This document shows positions 1 to 9,857 of a DNA stretch of 64,000 bases, in pieces. The notes below the pieces were generated by a model, which searched no databases, was not told the DNA's origin, and saw nothing but the letters and a program-made list of their open reading frames with translations. Position numbers and translations under genes: made by a program. The stretch's first letter is position 1, and each line of letters begins with the position of its first letter. The stretch is taken from NCBI GenBank assembly GCA_009694195.1, contig SHVQ01000008.1, positions 10,465-74,464 of the forward strand, in the 5' to 3' direction. Source of the DNA: Rhodospirillales bacterium. GTDB lineage: Bacteria; Pseudomonadota; Alphaproteobacteria; Rhodospirillales; SHVQ01.

Positions 1-905
1 TACTCTACCTGCAACACACGGCTCTGTTTCTCATGGCGGCGCTTCTCCTGCACGCATTCGCCGTCGCCTGCACGGACATCACGTTCAGCCTGTACACCAT
101 GGCGGCCATCCGAAGGCAGGACATGGGCCGATTCGAGCCGATCCGCATCTTCTTCGCCGCGATCGCGTTCATCATCGGCCCGTGGCTTGGGTCTTGGATG
201 CGGGTGCAATTCACGCCGGAGCTGCCGTTTTGGGTGAGCGCGGGCACGCTCATCCTTCTCTGCGCGCCGTTCTGGTATTTCCGCTTGACCGATAACCCGG
301 CCGTGTACGCAGGCCCAAGGAAGCCGCCAAACCCCCTGTCATCGGTTCCCCGGTTTTTTAGCCAGCCGCGCATGCGCCTCGCGTGGATGCTGGCGTTCGG
401 GCGCAACTTCTGGTGGACCGTCCTCTTCATCTACGGCCCGATCTATGCCGTCACCTCCGGTCTCGGCGAAGTGGTCGGCGGCCTGATCGTTTCGCTCGCC
501 AACATCTTCCTCCTGACGGTTCCGCTGTGGGGCCAGGTGGGACGCCGGTATGGGCTCCGACGGCTGTTGATCGTCGGGTACATCCTCACGGGGGTAACGG
601 CGGTCGGCGCCGCGTTCGTTGCCGGCGTGCCGTGGCTCGCGGCGACGCTCCTGGTCTTCACGGCGGTGGGCGGCGCCGTCATCGACGGCGCGGGCAACGT
701 GCCCTTCCTGCGCGCCGTGCGGCCCCTCGAGCGCGCCGAAATGACGGCGGTCTACGCCAGTTGGCGCCACGCAGGCCAGCTCGCCGCGCCGGGAATTTTC
801 GCCGGCGTCCTCATGCTCTTCGAGCTTCCGGCCGTGTTCGTGATCGGGGGCGCGGTCGCGCTTGCGATGGCCTTCGTCTCGCGCTACGTGCCGAAACGGA
901 TGTAG
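1..905 (+). CDS. MFS transporter, paralog 1 of 3 (5'-truncated by window edge)
   Basis: Frame is open from the window edge. Hydrophobic; shares RFEP.R, FIYGPIYAVTSGLGE and GN.xFLRAVR..ER.EMTAV motifs with the next two ORFs. Confidence 0.85.
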   Translation, partial: LYLQHTALFLMAALLLHAFAVACTDITFSLYTMAAIRRQDMGRFEPIRIFFAAIAFIIGPWLGSWMRVQFTPELPFWVSAGTLILLCAPFWYFRLTDNPAVYAGPRKPPNPLSSVPRFFSQPRMRLAWMLAFGRNFWWTVLFIYGPIYAVTSGLGEVVGGLIVSLANIFLLTVPLWGQVGRRYGLRRLLIVGYILTGVTAVGAAFVAGVPWLAATLLVFTAVGGAVIDGAGNVPFLRAVRPLERAEMTAVYASWRHAGQLAAPGIFAGVLMLFELPAVFVIGGAVALAMAFVSRYVPKRM

Positions 906-918
906 CGCTCACAGCATC

Positions 919-2109
919 ATGGCATTTCCAGCATTGCCGGCATGGCTCGGGGCCCCCGGCCGCATCTCGATCGCCGCCTTCCTCATTCTCTTCTCGCTCG
1001 AGTCCGGCTGTCGCGCGATCGCCATCGCGGTCGTTCCCATCGAAGCCCTGAGCCGCCTCGGCGACGCACAGAAAGTGAGCCTTCTTTATTTCTGCGTCAG
1101 CTCCGGCGCCCTTTTTACCAGCTTGCTCACGTCGGCGTTCGTCCGCTGGATCGGCCGGCGCGGACTATTCAGCCTCGGCACCGTGAGCTTCATGGCGTCC
1201 GGTTTCCTTTACACCGTTCCCGGGGTCGCGCCCTTCGCAGCCGCCCTCGCTCTCCAGGTCTTCGCGACCCTTGCCATCGAGATGACCCTCAACCTGTTTC
1301 TCCTGGACAACGTGCGGCGCCAGGAGATGGGCCGGTTCGAGCCCTTGCGAATCTTCTGGATCGGGAGCTCGTGGATTGCCTGCCCCTGGCTCGGCATCTA
1401 TTTGCAGAAAAACGTTCATGCGCTGGCGCCCTATGCAATTATCGGCGCCTCCGCGCTGCTGCTCCTCGCATTCTTTTGGATGTTGCGGCCGACCGAGAGC
1501 ACCGTTCTCCCGGCCGAGGCACGCCCTCCCGTCAATCCGATCGTCAACCTTCCCAGGTTCATCCGCCAGCCCCGCCTGGTTCTCGCCTGGGTGCTGGCCG
1601 TCGGCCGTCACGCTTTTTGGATCATGTTCTTCGTTTACGCGCCGATTTACGCGGTCACGTCCGGCCTCGGCGAGCTTGCGGGCGGGCTCATCGTCTCGCT
1701 CGGGACGGCTTGGCTTGTGACCGTCCCCTTTCTCGGACGGCTCGGCCGCAAACACGGCTTTCGCCGGCTCCTGATGCTGGGCTTCGTTCTGGCGGGAGTC
1801 TTCTCGATCGTCGCGGCGGCCGTCGCCGGACTGCCGTGGCTCGGGGCCGCGGCGCTCGTGGTGGCCGCGCTCGGCGGCATCATAATCGACTCCGGCGGCA
1901 ACGTGCACTTCCTGCGCGCGGTGCACGCGCGCGAACGGGCGGAGATGACGGCGGTGTTCGCCACGTTCCGTTATACGGCGCAACTGCTGCCACCCGGGCT
2001 CTTCTCGCTCATTCTTTTTGTCTATGAGCTTCCGGCGGTGTTCGTGCTCGGCGGGGTTTTGATGCTGGTCATGGCGTTCTATTGCCGCTACCTCCCGCGC
2101 CGGCTTTGA
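919..2109 (+). CDS. MFS transporter, paralog 2
   Basis: About 12 hydrophobic segments and the same motifs. ATG at 919, just after the previous stop. Confidence 0.85.
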   Translation: MAFPALPAWLGAPGRISIAAFLILFSLESGCRAIAIAVVPIEALSRLGDAQKVSLLYFCVSSGALFTSLLTSAFVRWIGRRGLFSLGTVSFMASGFLYTVPGVAPFAAALALQVFATLAIEMTLNLFLLDNVRRQEMGRFEPLRIFWIGSSWIACPWLGIYLQKNVHALAPYAIIGASALLLLAFFWMLRPTESTVLPAEARPPVNPIVNLPRFIRQPRLVLAWVLAVGRHAFWIMFFVYAPIYAVTSGLGELAGGLIVSLGTAWLVTVPFLGRLGRKHGFRRLLMLGFVLAGVFSIVAAAVAGLPWLGAAALVVAALGGIIIDSGGNVHFLRAVHARERAEMTAVFATFRYTAQLLPPGLFSLILFVYELPAVFVLGGVLMLVMAFYCRYLPRRL

Positions 2110-2117
2110 GCAGGACC

Positions 2118-3305
2118 GTGCCCGTCCAGCCCAAACAGACGTCCATCGATGGCGGCATCCGGCCGGTCATGGTCGGGTTCGCTGTCCTGCATTCGGCCGA
2201 AGCCTTCTGCCGTGCGCTTCTGCTCGCGGTCCTGCCGGTGCAAGCCCTGGCGCTCCTTGGCGACGCGCAACAGGTGAGCGTGCTCTTCTTCGCGACCAGC
2301 GCGCTCGGCATGCTCTTCAACTTCGCCGTCCCCACGGCCATTCACCGCGTCGGGCGCCGCTGGGTTTACACGTTCGGCGGACTCGCGAGCGTCGTGACGG
2401 CCTACCTCTTGTATCTGGAAATGCTGCCGGCGCTCGTGCTCGGCCTGATCCTCCAGGTCCTGGTGACCGCCGCGACGGAGATACCGCTCAATCTTTACGT
2501 GATGGATCACGTGCGTCGGCACGAGTTCGCGCGCTTCGAACCGCTTCGCGTGTTCTTCGTCGGCATGGCGTGGATCGTCGGCCCCGTGCTCGGGCCCTAC
2601 CTGCGGACGAGCCTTGGCCACTCGGTTCCGTTCGCGCTCGTCGCTTTGAGCTCGGTCATTCTCCTCCTGCTGTTCTGGTTGCTGCGCCTTCGCGAGAGCC
2701 CGGCCGCCGTATCGACGCGGCCGCCGCTCAATCCCATCCGATACATTCCGCGCTTCGTCGCGCAGCCGCGCCTGCGGCTTGCCTGGCTGCTCGCGCTTGG
2801 GCGCAACTGCTTCTGGAACGTCTTCTTCGTTTACGCCCCGATCTACGCGGTGACCTCGGGCCTCGGCGAAGTCATGAGCGGCGCCATCGTTTCCATGGGC
2901 ACCGCGTTTCTCATGCTCATCCCGCTTTGGGGCTGGTTCGGCAGGCGGTACGGATTCCGGCGGATCCTGATGTGGGCCATCGTCGGGGCGGGGCTCTTCA
3001 ACATCGCGGCCGCCACCTTCGCGGCATCGGCGTGGCTCGGGGCCGGCCTTCTGGTCGGAGCCGCGTTTTGCGGCAGCCTGATCGATGCGTCCGGCAACGC
3101 GCACTTCCTCCGCGCCGTTCGCGCCTATGAACGGCCGGAGATGACGGCCGTCTTCTGGACTCACCGCTACCTTGCCAATCTGGCGCCGCCCGGCGTGTTC
3201 GCGCTCGTTTTGAAGGCGTTCGAGCTTCCCGCCGTGTTCCTGGGCATGGGAGCTGCGCTTATCGTCGTCGGCTATTTCGCCCGCTACTTGCCGCGACGAT
3301 TCTAA
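2118..3305 (+). CDS. MFS transporter, paralog 3
   Basis: Same motifs. GTG at 2118 is preceded by AGGA; start uncertain. Confidence 0.8.
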   Translation: MPVQPKQTSIDGGIRPVMVGFAVLHSAEAFCRALLLAVLPVQALALLGDAQQVSVLFFATSALGMLFNFAVPTAIHRVGRRWVYTFGGLASVVTAYLLYLEMLPALVLGLILQVLVTAATEIPLNLYVMDHVRRHEFARFEPLRVFFVGMAWIVGPVLGPYLRTSLGHSVPFALVALSSVILLLLFWLLRLRESPAAVSTRPPLNPIRYIPRFVAQPRLRLAWLLALGRNCFWNVFFVYAPIYAVTSGLGEVMSGAIVSMGTAFLMLIPLWGWFGRRYGFRRILMWAIVGAGLFNIAAATFAASAWLGAGLLVGAAFCGSLIDASGNAHFLRAVRAYERPEMTAVFWTHRYLANLAPPGVFALVLKAFELPAVFLGMGAALIVVGYFARYLPRRF

Positions 3306-3327
3306 GGGGGCGCCCCAAGCAGGGCTC

Positions 3328-3356
3328 TTCACCCGGCCTGGAGGGGCGGTCATAAT
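3328..3356 (+). promoter_or_regulatory. Candidate sigma70 promoter for the TAXI-TRAP operon
   Basis: TTCACC-N17-CATAAT about 50 bp upstream of the start codon. Confidence 0.35.
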
Positions 3357-3405
3357 GCCGGGGCAACGGCCCGCAATACCGGGCGGCAGCAACAGGGAGA
3401 ATCCC

Positions 3406-4374
3406 ATGTCGGCAATCCTGCGCTCCATCGGCCTCGCGTGCGTTCTGACGCTCGCCGCGCTCAGTGGCGAGGCGTTCGCACAACCAAAGTCCATGACCAT
3501 CGGGACCGCCTCGGTCGGCGGCACGTATTTCATCTACGGCAGCGTCGTGGCTAACTTGCTCACCGAGAAGCTCGGCTTCAACGTCTCGACCCAGCAGACC
3601 CAGGGGCCGAACCAGAACATCATCCTCGTCGACGACAAGCGGGTCGAGCTCGGGATGACCACGATGGGAATCGCGCTGCAGGCGTGGAACGGAACCGGCG
3701 ATTGGACCAAGGGGAAGAAGTTCACGAACGTCCGCGCGCTGTTCCCGATGTACGACACCCCCTTCCACTTCATAGCAGCCGAGAAGAGCGGCATCACATC
3801 GGTCGCCCAGCTCAACGGCAAGACGGTCGGCGTCGGACCCAAGGCGGGAACGCCCGGAACCTATTTTCCGCTCATGTTCGAGGCGCTCGGGCTAAAAGTG
3901 ACCGTCCGCAACGGCAGCGCCAACGACATGGCGGGCCAGCTCGGCGACGGGCTCATCGACAGCTTCCCCTTCGCGGCCGGGCTTCCGATCGCGGCTTACA
4001 CCGAGATAGAGGCCCAGCGGCCGGTGAAGTTCTTCACGTTCACCGACGCTCAGATCAAAACCCTGCAGGCCAAGATGCCGGAGCTTTCCAACTCCCTCAT
4101 CCCAAAAGGCACGTACAAGTCGATGACTGCGGATCACAAGACGGTCGGGGTCTACAACTTCGCGATCGCGCACAAGGATATGTCGGTCGAGGACGCCTAC
4201 AAGGTCACGAAGGCGATCCTGGAGAACAACGACTTCATGGTCAAAGGCCACGCCGCCGCGAAGGAAACGGTGCTCGCCAATTGGGACCGCAATACGTTCC
4301 TGCCGTTCCATCCGGGGGCGGTGAAATACCTGAAGGAAAAGGGCATCAACGTCCCGGCGAACCTCAGCCAATAG
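3406..4374 (+). CDS. TAXI-family TRAP solute-binding protein
   Basis: Signal peptide, IGTASVGGTYFIYG motif, C-terminal PFHPGA.KY, GGGAGA RBS. Confidence 0.92.
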   Translation: MSAILRSIGLACVLTLAALSGEAFAQPKSMTIGTASVGGTYFIYGSVVANLLTEKLGFNVSTQQTQGPNQNIILVDDKRVELGMTTMGIALQAWNGTGDWTKGKKFTNVRALFPMYDTPFHFIAAEKSGITSVAQLNGKTVGVGPKAGTPGTYFPLMFEALGLKVTVRNGSANDMAGQLGDGLIDSFPFAAGLPIAAYTEIEAQRPVKFFTFTDAQIKTLQAKMPELSNSLIPKGTYKSMTADHKTVGVYNFAIAHKDMSVEDAYKVTKAILENNDFMVKGHAAAKETVLANWDRNTFLPFHPGAVKYLKEKGINVPANLSQ

Positions 4375-4413
4375 CGGCGGGCAGCGTCAAACAAGAAACA
4401 ACGACGGGGACGC

Positions 4414-6384
4414 ATGACGTCGCCACCGCCCCAGCCGCCATCGGTCGGCACGGTCGACTCGGACGCGCTTGAATTCCAAGGCCTGCGCCGGACGCTCGGT
4501 CCCTTCGAGAGGACGCTCTTCTATTGGGTGGGCGCGGCGTTCACGGCCTTCCATCTATTCATCCTGAACGTTCATCCGATCGACTCGATTCTGTTCCGTT
4601 CCATTCACCTGGCGTGGGGCAGCGTCCTCGGTTTCGCGTTGTTCGCCGTCGCCGCCGGACGGTCGGTTCACAAGATCCCCATCTACGACTGGGCGTTGAT
4701 GGCGGCGGCGATCGCCTGCGCCATCTACATCGGCATCAACATCGACGAGCTTCAGTTCCGCGCGGGCGCGCTCTACGAGCCAGGCGACGTGATCGCCGGC
4801 GTGGTCGGGACGATTCTCGTCCTCGAGTTCTCGCGCCGCACGGCCGGGCTCGCGCTCACGATCGTCGCCTTCGTTTTCCTTCTCTACGCCGTCGTCGGGC
4901 CATGGCTTCCGGGCGTGCTTTACCATAAGGGCTACAATCTCGCGTTCATCTTCACGTACATCTTCAGCGACCAGGGGGTCTTCGGGCCGACCCTGGAAGT
5001 GTCCTCCACGTTCATCGTGATGTTCACCGCCTTCGCCGCGTTCCTCACGATGTCGAAAGCGGGCGACTACTTCAACGATCTCTCCATGTCGCTCATTGGC
5101 TGGGCGCGAGGTGGGCCGGCCAAAGGCGCCGTGCTCTCGGGCATCATGTTCGGCTCGATCAGCGGGTCCTCCGTCGCCAACGTGGTGGCATCGGGCTCCG
5201 TTACCATCCCGATGATGCGCCGCGTCGGCTACGACAGGCCGACCGCGGCCGCCATCGAGGCGACGTCCTCGACCGGCGGTCAGATCACGCCGCCGGTGAT
5301 GGGGGCCGGCGCCTTCATCATGGCCGAAGTGACCGGCATCCCTTACGGCGACATCGCCTTCGCCGCGATCATCCCGTGCCTGCTGTTCTACATCGCGTGC
5401 TACGCCCACTGCGATCTGCACGCCGTGCGCAGCGGGCTTCGCGGTTACCCGCGCTCGGAGCTGCCGGCGCTCCGGCCGATGCTGTTCAAGCTCTACCTGT
5501 TGCTCCCGATCGTCGTGCTGGTGTGGGCGTTCGTCGAAGGTTACTCGGGCTTCCGCGCCGCCGGCCTCGGCATCGTTGCCTGCATTGCCGTGAGCTGGCT
5601 CGCGCGCGAGCATCGCATGGGCCCGCGCCGGGTGATCGACGCCCTCGACATGGCCGCCCGCGACTGCATCCAGCTCGTCGCAGTGTGCGCGGCCGCCGGC
5701 ATCATTGTCGGCGTCATCGCGCTGACCGGCATCGGCGGCCGGTTCTCCTCCCTCGTCCTCGCCATCGCCGGCAACAGCCAGATTCTCGCCATGCTGTTCA
5801 CCATGGTCATCGTGACCATTCTCGGCATGGGAATGCCGACGACGGCCGCCTATGCGATCGCGGCGGCCGTGGTGGCGCCGGGATTGATCCGCATGGGAAT
5901 CGCGCCGCTCGTCGCCCACATGTTCATCTTTTATTTTGCCGTCCTCTCCGCGATCACGCCGCCGGTCGCCGTCGCGTCCTTCGCGGCGGCCGCCATGGCC
6001 CAGGCGGATCCGTGGAAGACATCGTGGATCGCGGTCAAGCTCGGCCTTGCGACCTTTATCGTGCCGTTCATGTTCTTCGCCTCGCCGCTCCTGCTCGGCC
6101 AGGGCCCGCTTCTCGACGTTCTCGTTGTCTTCGTGACCGCATCGATCGGCGTCGTTCTGCTCGCCGCCTCGACCGAAGGCTGGCTGCATGGCCCTCTAGC
6201 CATGCCGCCCCGCGCGATCCTTTTTGTCGCGGCCATTTTGCTGGTGGCGCCGGAGCCGATCACCGACGGGATCGGCCTTGCCCTCGCGATTGCGGTCTGG
6301 CTCTGGCAGCGCCGCCAGCATGGGAGCGACCCCGCGTCCAAGGTCCCCGCCCGCCAAGCGGCGGCATCATTGTCGTCTAGTTAG
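4414..6384 (+). CDS. TRAP fused 4TM/12TM permease (TAXI partner)
   Basis: GGPAK, GSSVANV, STGGQITPPVMGAGAF and GMGMPTTAAY motifs. Confidence 0.92.
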   Translation: MTSPPPQPPSVGTVDSDALEFQGLRRTLGPFERTLFYWVGAAFTAFHLFILNVHPIDSILFRSIHLAWGSVLGFALFAVAAGRSVHKIPIYDWALMAAAIACAIYIGINIDELQFRAGALYEPGDVIAGVVGTILVLEFSRRTAGLALTIVAFVFLLYAVVGPWLPGVLYHKGYNLAFIFTYIFSDQGVFGPTLEVSSTFIVMFTAFAAFLTMSKAGDYFNDLSMSLIGWARGGPAKGAVLSGIMFGSISGSSVANVVASGSVTIPMMRRVGYDRPTAAAIEATSSTGGQITPPVMGAGAFIMAEVTGIPYGDIAFAAIIPCLLFYIACYAHCDLHAVRSGLRGYPRSELPALRPMLFKLYLLLPIVVLVWAFVEGYSGFRAAGLGIVACIAVSWLAREHRMGPRRVIDALDMAARDCIQLVAVCAAAGIIVGVIALTGIGGRFSSLVLAIAGNSQILAMLFTMVIVTILGMGMPTTAAYAIAAAVVAPGLIRMGIAPLVAHMFIFYFAVLSAITPPVAVASFAAAAMAQADPWKTSWIAVKLGLATFIVPFMFFASPLLLGQGPLLDVLVVFVTASIGVVLLAASTEGWLHGPLAMPPRAILFVAAILLVAPEPITDGIGLALAIAVWLWQRRQHGSDPASKVPARQAAASLSSS

Positions 6385-6396
6385 GGCCGCGCTGCC

Positions 6397-7563
6397 TTAA
6401 GCGGGCGGGCCGTGTTCGACGATGGGTGCGTTGTCGACGACGCGCCGGTACGAGAAGCGGGAAAGATCGAGGGAGGCGAAGCGGCCTTCGAGCAGCAGCT
6501 CCGCCATCCCCCGCCCGACCGCCGGAGCGTGTTGGAGTCCGTGGCCCGAGAATCCGGCCGCGATGTGGAAGTTCTCGAGCCCGCCGACCCAGGGCCCGAG
6601 GATGGGCTGACTGTCGAGCTCGTTCTGATCGTAGTGGCCGGACCAGCTCCGTATCACCTTGAGCGCTTCGAACGCCTTCACCCGGTGGGCGAGCTTCGGC
6701 CACACGACCTCGTCGAACCACTCGTGATCCACGTCCCAATTGAAGCCGCGAGGCTCGTCCAACCGGGTCACGCCCGCGACGTAGCCCTGGCCTTCCGTGC
6801 GAAAGCTCAGGCCCCCGAAATCCCGGGTGACGCCGAAGGGGTGAAGCGTTTCGCGCACCTCGAAATAAAAGGTTTGCCGGCGCATGACCGCGATCGGGAC
6901 CTTCATCCCGACCATCGCACAAACGTCGGGCGCCCAGCAGTTGGCGCAGTTGACCACGATCTTGGGAGTGAGCCTTTTCCCGGACTCGAGGAGAACCGTG
7001 CTAACGCGTTTTCCGCTCGTCTCCAGGTTCACCACACGGTCCTGGATGTATTCGACCCCCAGGCTCCGGGCCTTGCGCCGGAATCCCATCAGCGCGGCGT
7101 GGGGATCGATCCAGCCGTCGTTCGGTGAATACAAGGCCGCGTCGACCTCGTCCACGTTGAGCGACGGGAAAAGCTGCCGGAGCCGCGCCCGATCCACGAG
7201 CTCGACGCCGGCGCCGAGCGACGTCTGCATGCGCCAATTGGCCTCGGCGTGGGCGACCGCATCCTTGCCCCAGACCATGAATGTGTAGCCGCCCTTGCGG
7301 AAGTCCATGCCCGCGGGCTCGCCGTTGACCGCCATATGCGTCGGAAACGCGCTGTAGAACGCGTGCCCGTAGCTGGACATCAGCACGTTCTCGGGCGTGC
7401 CGTGGACGTGGCGCACCGTGCCGACCGCCCGCGGCGTTGCCGCCCAGGCGTACGTGGGATCGGGTTCGATGACGGCAACATCACCCGCGCGTCCCGCGAC
7501 CGCCAGGTGGTAGGCGATGCTGGAGCCGATGACGCCGCCGCCGATGACGATGATGTCTGGCAT
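6397..7563 (-). CDS. FAD-dependent oxidoreductase (DAO/sarcosine oxidase beta-like family)
   Basis: N-terminal IIVIGGGVIG, DGWIDP, GFSGHGLQHAP. Confidence 0.88.
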   Translation of the reverse strand: MPDIIVIGGGVIGSSIAYHLAVAGRAGDVAVIEPDPTYAWAATPRAVGTVRHVHGTPENVLMSSYGHAFYSAFPTHMAVNGEPAGMDFRKGGYTFMVWGKDAVAHAEANWRMQTSLGAGVELVDRARLRQLFPSLNVDEVDAALYSPNDGWIDPHAALMGFRRKARSLGVEYIQDRVVNLETSGKRVSTVLLESGKRLTPKIVVNCANCWAPDVCAMVGMKVPIAVMRRQTFYFEVRETLHPFGVTRDFGGLSFRTEGQGYVAGVTRLDEPRGFNWDVDHEWFDEVVWPKLAHRVKAFEALKVIRSWSGHYDQNELDSQPILGPWVGGLENFHIAAGFSGHGLQHAPAVGRGMAELLLEGRFASLDLSRFSYRRVVDNAPIVEHGPPA

Positions 7564-7575
7564 TGGAACGGCTTC

Positions 7576-8337
7576 CTAGTGCGTGAGGATCTGGCTCATG
7601 AAGGCCTTGGTGCGCTCGTTCTTCGGTGCATCGAAGAATGTCGCGGTCGGCGCCTCCTCCACGATCTCGCCCCCGTCCATGAAGACGATCTTATCCGCCA
7701 CCTGCCTCGCGAAGCCCATCTCGTGGGTGACGACGACCATCGTCATGCCGTCGCGCGCAAGCTCCGCCATCACGTCCAGGACTTCCTTGATCATTTCTGG
7801 GTCGAGAGCGCTGGTCGGCTCGTCGAACAGCATGATTTTCGGGCGCATGCAAAGCGATCGCGCGATCGCGACCCGCTGCTGCTGGCCGCCCGAAAGCTCG
7901 CTTGGATATTTATCGGCCTGTTCGGGGATGCGGACCCGCGCGAGGTAAAGGCGGGCAAGCTCTTCGGCCTCTTTCTTCGGCATCTTGCGGACGAGCAGAA
8001 GGGCGAGCGTGAGATTTTCGATCACCTTCAAGTGCGGGAACAGGTTGAAGGACTGGAATACCATTCCGACTTCGCTGCGGACCGTCTCGATGTTACGGGT
8101 GTCGTCGTTGAGCTCGATCCCGTCGACGACGATCGTGCCCTGCTGATGGGTCTCCAGGCGGTTGATGCAGCGGATCATCGTCGACTTGCCGGACCCGGAG
8201 GGGCCGCACACCACGACTTTCTCGCCGCGGCCGACCGCGAAGTTCACATCCTTCAGCGCCTGGAATTCGCCGTACCACTTGTTGACGCCCACGAGGCGGA
8301 TGATGGGCGCGGTCGACTCCTGGCCCGGGCTCGACAT
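7576..8337 (-). CDS. Polar amino acid ABC transporter ATP-binding protein
   Basis: [44 protein letters not shown]. Confidence 0.93.
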   Translation of the reverse strand: MSSPGQESTAPIIRLVGVNKWYGEFQALKDVNFAVGRGEKVVVCGPSGSGKSTMIRCINRLETHQQGTIVVDGIELNDDTRNIETVRSEVGMVFQSFNLFPHLKVIENLTLALLLVRKMPKKEAEELARLYLARVRIPEQADKYPSELSGGQQQRVAIARSLCMRPKIMLFDEPTSALDPEMIKEVLDVMAELARDGMTMVVVTHEMGFARQVADKIVFMDGGEIVEEAPTATFFDAPKNERTKAFMSQILTH

Positions 8338-8346
8338 CCGTTCGCC

Positions 8347-9852
8347 TCAGTGTTCGGCGCCGCTGCGGAAATGGAACTGGGCGCCGGTTCGAATGCCCGA
8401 AGGCCAGCGCGTCGTCACCGTCTTGAGCTTCGTATAGAAGCGCACGCCTTCCATGCCGTGCATGTGGTGATCGCCGAACAACGAGCGCTTCCAGCCGCCG
8501 AAGCTGTGATAGGCCACGGGCACGGGGATCGGAACGTTGACGCCGACCATGCCGATCTTCGCGCGACTGGCGAAATCGCGCGCCGCGTCGCCGTCGCGCG
8601 TGAAAATGGCCGTGCCGTTTCCGTACTCATGGTCGTTCACGAGCGTCAGCGCTTCTTCATAGTTCTTCGCGCGAACCACGCTGAGCACGGGGCCGAAGAT
8701 CTCGTCCTTGTAGATGCTCATCCGCGGCTCGACCCGGTCGAACAGGCAGCCGCCGACGTAAAAGCCCTTCTCGTACCCCTGGAGCTTCACGCCGCGGCCG
8801 TCGACCACGAGCTCGGCTCCTTCGGCAACTCCCTTGTCGATGTAGCCGAGGATTTTCTTGTGCGCCTCGGGCGTCACGATCGGTCCCATCTCGGCCGCCG
8901 CGTCCGTGTAGGGGCCGATCTTCAAAGACCGCACGCGCGGAGCCAGACGCTTCACGAACGCATTGCCCGTCTCTTCGCCGACCGCAACGGCGACCGAGAT
9001 GGCCATGCAGCGCTCGCCTGCCGATCCGTAGGCCGCGCCGACGGCTGCGTCCACGGCCTGGTCCATGTCGGCGTCCGGCATCACGACCATATGGTTCTTG
9101 GCGCCGCAGAGCGCCTGCACGCGTTTCCCATGCGCGCAGCCGGTCGAATAGATGTAGTGCCCGATCGCGGTCGAGCCGACGAAGCTGACGGCGCCGACGC
9201 GGGGATCGGTGAGCAGCGTATCCACCGCGACCTTGTCGCCGTTGACGACGTTGAGCACGCCCGCCGGCAGCCCGGCCTCGATCATGAGTTCGCCGAGGCG
9301 AAGCCCGCACGACGGGTCCTTCTCCGACGGCTTCAAGACGAACGTGTTGCCGCAGGCGAGCGCCATCGGGAACATCCACATCGGCACCATGGCCGGGAAA
9401 TTGAACGGCGTGATCCCGGCGCAGACGCCAACCGGCTGGCGCGTGGCGAACGTGTCGATGCCGCCGGCGACATTTTCAGAGAATTCGCCCTTAAGGAGCT
9501 GCGGAATGCCGCAGGCGAACTCGACAACCTCGAGCCCGCGGGTGACGGAGCCCTTGGCATCGGCGAGGGTCTTCCCGTGCTCGGAGGAGACAAGCTCGGC
9601 GAGCTCGTCCAAGTTCCGATAAATGAGGTCGCGAAACTTGAACAGGACTTGCGCGCGCTTGGCAGGCGGCGTCGCGGCCCAAGCCGGGAGCGCCGCGTCG
9701 GCCGCCGCGATGGCGGCTTCAACCTCGCCTTTGCTCGCCAACGGGACCTTCTTCGTGACCTCGCCCGTCGCCGGGTTGTAGACGTCGCCGAACCGGCCGC
9801 TCGCGCCCTTGATCTTTTTTCCACCGACGAAGTGTTGCAGTTCCTTCGTCAT
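8347..9852 (-). CDS. mmsA: CoA-acylating (methyl)malonate-semialdehyde dehydrogenase
   Basis: ITPFNFPAMVPMWM, GAKNH, GSAGERCMAISV, EIFGPVL, VGVNVPIPVP. Confidence 0.93.
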   Translation of the reverse strand: MTKELQHFVGGKKIKGASGRFGDVYNPATGEVTKKVPLASKGEVEAAIAAADAALPAWAATPPAKRAQVLFKFRDLIYRNLDELAELVSSEHGKTLADAKGSVTRGLEVVEFACGIPQLLKGEFSENVAGGIDTFATRQPVGVCAGITPFNFPAMVPMWMFPMALACGNTFVLKPSEKDPSCGLRLGELMIEAGLPAGVLNVVNGDKVAVDTLLTDPRVGAVSFVGSTAIGHYIYSTGCAHGKRVQALCGAKNHMVVMPDADMDQAVDAAVGAAYGSAGERCMAISVAVAVGEETGNAFVKRLAPRVRSLKIGPYTDAAAEMGPIVTPEAHKKILGYIDKGVAEGAELVVDGRGVKLQGYEKGFYVGGCLFDRVEPRMSIYKDEIFGPVLSVVRAKNYEEALTLVNDHEYGNGTAIFTRDGDAARDFASRAKIGMVGVNVPIPVPVAYHSFGGWKRSLFGDHHMHGMEGVRFYTKLKTVTTRWPSGIRTGAQFHFRSGAEH

Positions 9853-9857
9853 CGCGA

